From an uncultured Clostridia bacterium (lineage in GTDB: Bacteria > Bacillota > Clostridia > TANB77 > CAG-508), in the NCBI GenBank assembly GCA_944392105.1, contig CALXVM010000003.1:40735-104734 (forward strand): a DNA stretch of 64,000 bases, read 5' to 3'. Of the stretch, positions 61,219 through 64,000 are shown in pieces. The notes beneath the pieces are model-generated. The model had not been told where the DNA came from, ran no database searches, and saw nothing but the letters and a program-made list of their open reading frames with translations. Position 1 is the stretch's first letter, and every line of letters begins with the position of its first letter. The position numbers were made by a program, and so were the translations under genes.

Positions 61219-64000
61219 CTATAATCTATTTTTTATTTCTTCTAAAATATCTGCCTTTTCTTTGTTTGGTATATAGTTGTACTCATTATTTGCCATTCTA
61301 TTGTCAAAATTGCATATGGATTTATAGCTACAATATTCGCAAGGAGTGCTTTTCTTTTTTATACTATAATATGGCTTTATATTTATGTTTCCTGTTAATA
61401 TACTTTCTGAAATTTGTTTTAATAGTTTTATTGTATATTTTTGTAGTCGCTCAAATTGCTCTCTATTTACAGAGTTTGGCTTATCAGACAAGTTTCCTTC
61501 TTTATTTATATAAGCTGGTATTATTTGAGAATTCCCGCTTTCTAAAGTCTTGTCCATTTTCTTTACAATATTTACATCTGCTAGAATTAAACCATTCATT
61601 TTAAATTGCTTTTTTATTTCTTCTTCTATTTGCTCTTCTGTTAATTTTTTGCTAGATTTAATTATTGGTTCTATTAAGCTAAAATATAATGCTCCTGCTG
61701 GCTTTGTTCCTTCTTTTTCACACATAGCATCAACATATGTTAATAACTGTAATTGCAAGCCTGCTTCTACTTCGTTTAAGTCTATATTTTTTATAGATGA
61801 TTTATAGTCAATAATTCTTATATAGTTTCCATCTTCTGTTTTTGCAATGTCTACTCTATCTATTTTGCCAGTTATTTGAACTTTTTTTCCATCTTCTAAT
61901 TCTATTTCTATTGGATCATATTGTTTTCCTTTTTTAAATTCAATTTCATGACCTAATACCTCAAAGTCGCTATATTTCAAACTATTAACTATGTACTTCA
62001 TAGACATTTTTATTGCTTTTCTTAGTCTCTTTACTAATATTACGTATTTTTTCATCATTGTAAATATATAATTTTTCTTTAAGTTAAGCTTTTCGTCTAT
62101 TATTTGGTCAATTATATTATTTATTTCATTTTCGTCTATTGTTTTAATAGAAATTTGTTGTTCATCAATTTTATAGAAAAATTCATCTATTACTTCATGC
62201 ATAAAGGTTCCAGTATCTATAGGCTGTATTTTTGCAGTTTCTTTATCCGCTAATTTCAAGCCATATTGCAGATAATACGAAAACGGACATGCACTATACT
62301 TTTCTAATTGTGATATGCTTGTAGTTAATGTATCCCCGTACAATTTTTGAATCTCTTTTTTATTTATTTTTTCAGGAATATTAGTATAATTTAATGATTT
62401 TAGACTGTTTTCTAATCTACTTCTATCGTTTTTCATATAATAATTAAATACATTAAACCAGATGCTATCTATTTGCTTGCCATCTCTATATTCTTGTAAT
62501 TTTGTAAGAAGTTCCTCAAATGTTGTTTCTTTTAAAAGAATTTCGCTTTTCTTTTCTATTATGTCACTTTCTTCTTGTATATTTTTATAAATTTTCTTTA
62601 TTTTATTAATTAGTATAGATGCTCTCATTGCTTTACCATCTATATCTGATGATGAATATGATAAATATAAGTTTCCCTCTGCTGTTGTAAAGGCTTTATA
62701 TATATTAAAATTATCATCATATAGTTTTTCTTCTGTGCCTTTTGCAAGTTCTAAGCCTTCACTTTTTAATTTTTCTCTATCATTGTCATTAAAAAATCCT
62801 TCTTGTTTATAACTACCTGGAAATACTCCATCGTTTAAGCCTATTATAAATACACTTCTTACTTTATGGCTACGTGAACGGTCTACATCTCCAAATATTA
62901 CTTGGTCTTTGGTTCCTGGTATAGCTCCAAGTCCACTATTTTTTAAACCTGTTTTTAATATATTTGTGTATTGCTCAAATGTTACGTTTTCATTTCCTAG
63001 CACCATTGTTATTTCATCAAATACATCCATTACTACTTGCCAGCTAGTCTCATATTGTTTTGCAAGTTCTGGTTTTTCTTCTTTTTGGAATTCATTTATC
63101 TTTTTTATTATCATCTTATCAATTTCTTGATTTATTAAAAAATTGTATATGCTTTCTGTAATATTTTTTACATTTTTTATTTTCATTAAACTATTTTTTA
63201 AATGCAATAGAGGTTTTACTATTTTTTCTCTTGCATAATTAATTTTTTCTATTTGCTCTTGTGTTTCCGAATAAAAATTCCAATCGCTATTGTACCATTT
63301 ACTACCCTTTATATTCCATCTTAAACAATAATTTTCTAAGTCATATAATATGTCTTCATCTATATCTACTAATCCTGTTTTTAAATACGAAAACACTGTT
63401 TCATAAGACCAATTTTTAGCAAAAATATCTAGAAGAGAAATAATGTATTTTACTAATATGTTTTTGTTTAAATCTTGCTTTTCGTCTATGAAAACAGGTA
63501 TAGAATATTTATTAAATATTGCTTTGCATAAGCTTGAATATGTTTCTATGTTTTTTGTTATAACAGCAATCTCTTTATATTTATAGTTTTTATCTTTAAC
63601 TAGTTTTGTTATTGTTTTAGCAACCTGTTCTATCTCAGAATATGGGTTATTTGCTAAAAATAAATTTATGTTCTGCACGTTTTCTTCATATTTGTTATAT
63701 GGAACTGCAAATATATTTTTTTCTAAATGCACAAGTTCTTTGTTCTTAAATCTATATTTATTTTCTAATTGTACTGGTTCTTCTATGTTTATATTTTCTT
63801 CTTTTGCAATATCATATATTTTATTTAAAGTTACCTTATTGTTGTAAAAAATATCTATATCTGCTTCTTTGTCTTGCTCTATTTTATCAGTACACACTGT
63901 TATTGTAACTTGCTTACAAATATGCATTAGTTTTCTTATTATTTCATATTCTTGTGTAGTAAAACCAACAAATTCATCTATATATATTTCTGAGTTATAA
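61219..64000 (-). CDS. addB: helicase-exonuclease AddAB subunit AddB; the N-terminus lies beyond the right edge
   Basis: The frame stays open upstream of the listed Met (IYIDEFVGFTTQEYEIIRKLMH...) to position 64000. The C-terminal nuclease domain has Fe-S cysteines (CPFSYYLQYGL ... TPCEYCSYKSICNF). Confidence 0.9.
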   Translation of the reverse strand, partial: YNSEIYIDEFVGFTTQEYEIIRKLMHICKQVTITVCTDKIEQDKEADIDIFYNNKVTLNKIYDIAKEENINIEEPVQLENKYRFKNKELVHLEKNIFAVPYNKYEENVQNINLFLANNPYSEIEQVAKTITKLVKDKNYKYKEIAVITKNIETYSSLCKAIFNKYSIPVFIDEKQDLNKNILVKYIISLLDIFAKNWSYETVFSYLKTGLVDIDEDILYDLENYCLRWNIKGSKWYNSDWNFYSETQEQIEKINYAREKIVKPLLHLKNSLMKIKNVKNITESIYNFLINQEIDKMIIKKINEFQKEEKPELAKQYETSWQVVMDVFDEITMVLGNENVTFEQYTNILKTGLKNSGLGAIPGTKDQVIFGDVDRSRSHKVRSVFIIGLNDGVFPGSYKQEGFFNDNDREKLKSEGLELAKGTEEKLYDDNFNIYKAFTTAEGNLYLSYSSSDIDGKAMRASILINKIKKIYKNIQEESDIIEKKSEILLKETTFEELLTKLQEYRDGKQIDSIWFNVFNYYMKNDRSRLENSLKSLNYTNIPEKINKKEIQKLYGDTLTTSISQLEKYSACPFSYYLQYGLKLADKETAKIQPIDTGTFMHEVIDEFFYKIDEQQISIKTIDENEINNIIDQIIDEKLNLKKNYIFTMMKKYVILVKRLRKAIKMSMKYIVNSLKYSDFEVLGHEIEFKKGKQYDPIEIELEDGKKVQITGKIDRVDIAKTEDGNYIRIIDYKSSIKNIDLNEVEAGLQLQLLTYVDAMCEKEGTKPAGALYFSLIEPIIKSSKKLTEEQIEEEIKKQFKMNGLILADVNIVKKMDKTLESGNSQIIPAYINKEGNLSDKPNSVNREQFERLQKYTIKLLKQISESILTGNINIKPYYSIKKKSTPCEYCSYKSICNFDNRMANNEYNYIPNKEKADILEEIKNRL

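Overview
This is a 64-kb chromosomal window from a very AT-rich, spore-forming Clostridia-type Firmicute. It holds about 60 protein genes, and I saw no rRNA, tRNA or CRISPR array. Core content runs left to right as follows. First come the priA 5' end, a spoIVFA/spoIVFB-like protease pair and a surface-polysaccharide cluster (WecA/TagO-like, XRE, GT4, PssD/PssE, Wzy-like::GT4 fusion). Then follow an NrdD-like gene, NfeD/SPFH, rarA, ruvA, dinB, rpmB, nth, rpe and prkC-stp-rlmN. The remainder is murT-gatD, aspS, adhE, dps, a GT39-like gene, an ECF sigma/anti-sigma pair, leuS, a gltD-like gene, udg, an LD-carboxypeptidase, pgeF and addB (which runs off the right edge). Five things stand out. (1) A complete type III toxin-antitoxin locus lies at 34.6-35.3 kb: promoter, 2.3 copies of a 48-nt RNA repeat, terminator, and a ToxN/AbiQ/CptN-like toxin. 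The ORF track hides it by fusing the repeats to the toxin ORF. (2) A family of nested-palindrome MITE-like elements is present as two ~300-bp copies in opposite orientation, a 320-bp variant, a 60-bp hairpin derivative and a degenerate remnant. Their GGAAATTAG termini supply the Gly-Asn-stop end of four flanking genes, and the elements carry or abut terminators and near-consensus promoters. (3) A ~14.5-kb decayed accessory island lies at 38.2-52.9 kb between the ECF sigma operon and leuS. It has a TcdE-type holin, a small sigma-like regulator, two peptidoglycan hydrolases without signal peptides, three Spo0A-C-domain regulators (one frameshifted) and duplicated small membrane-protein genes. 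It has no integrase or phage structural genes. (4) Two GC-rich orphan genes are present. (5) Two enzymes look degenerate: NrdD lacks the glycyl-radical tail, and GatD lacks its Cys/His. All functional calls come from reading motifs by eye, and no database search was run.
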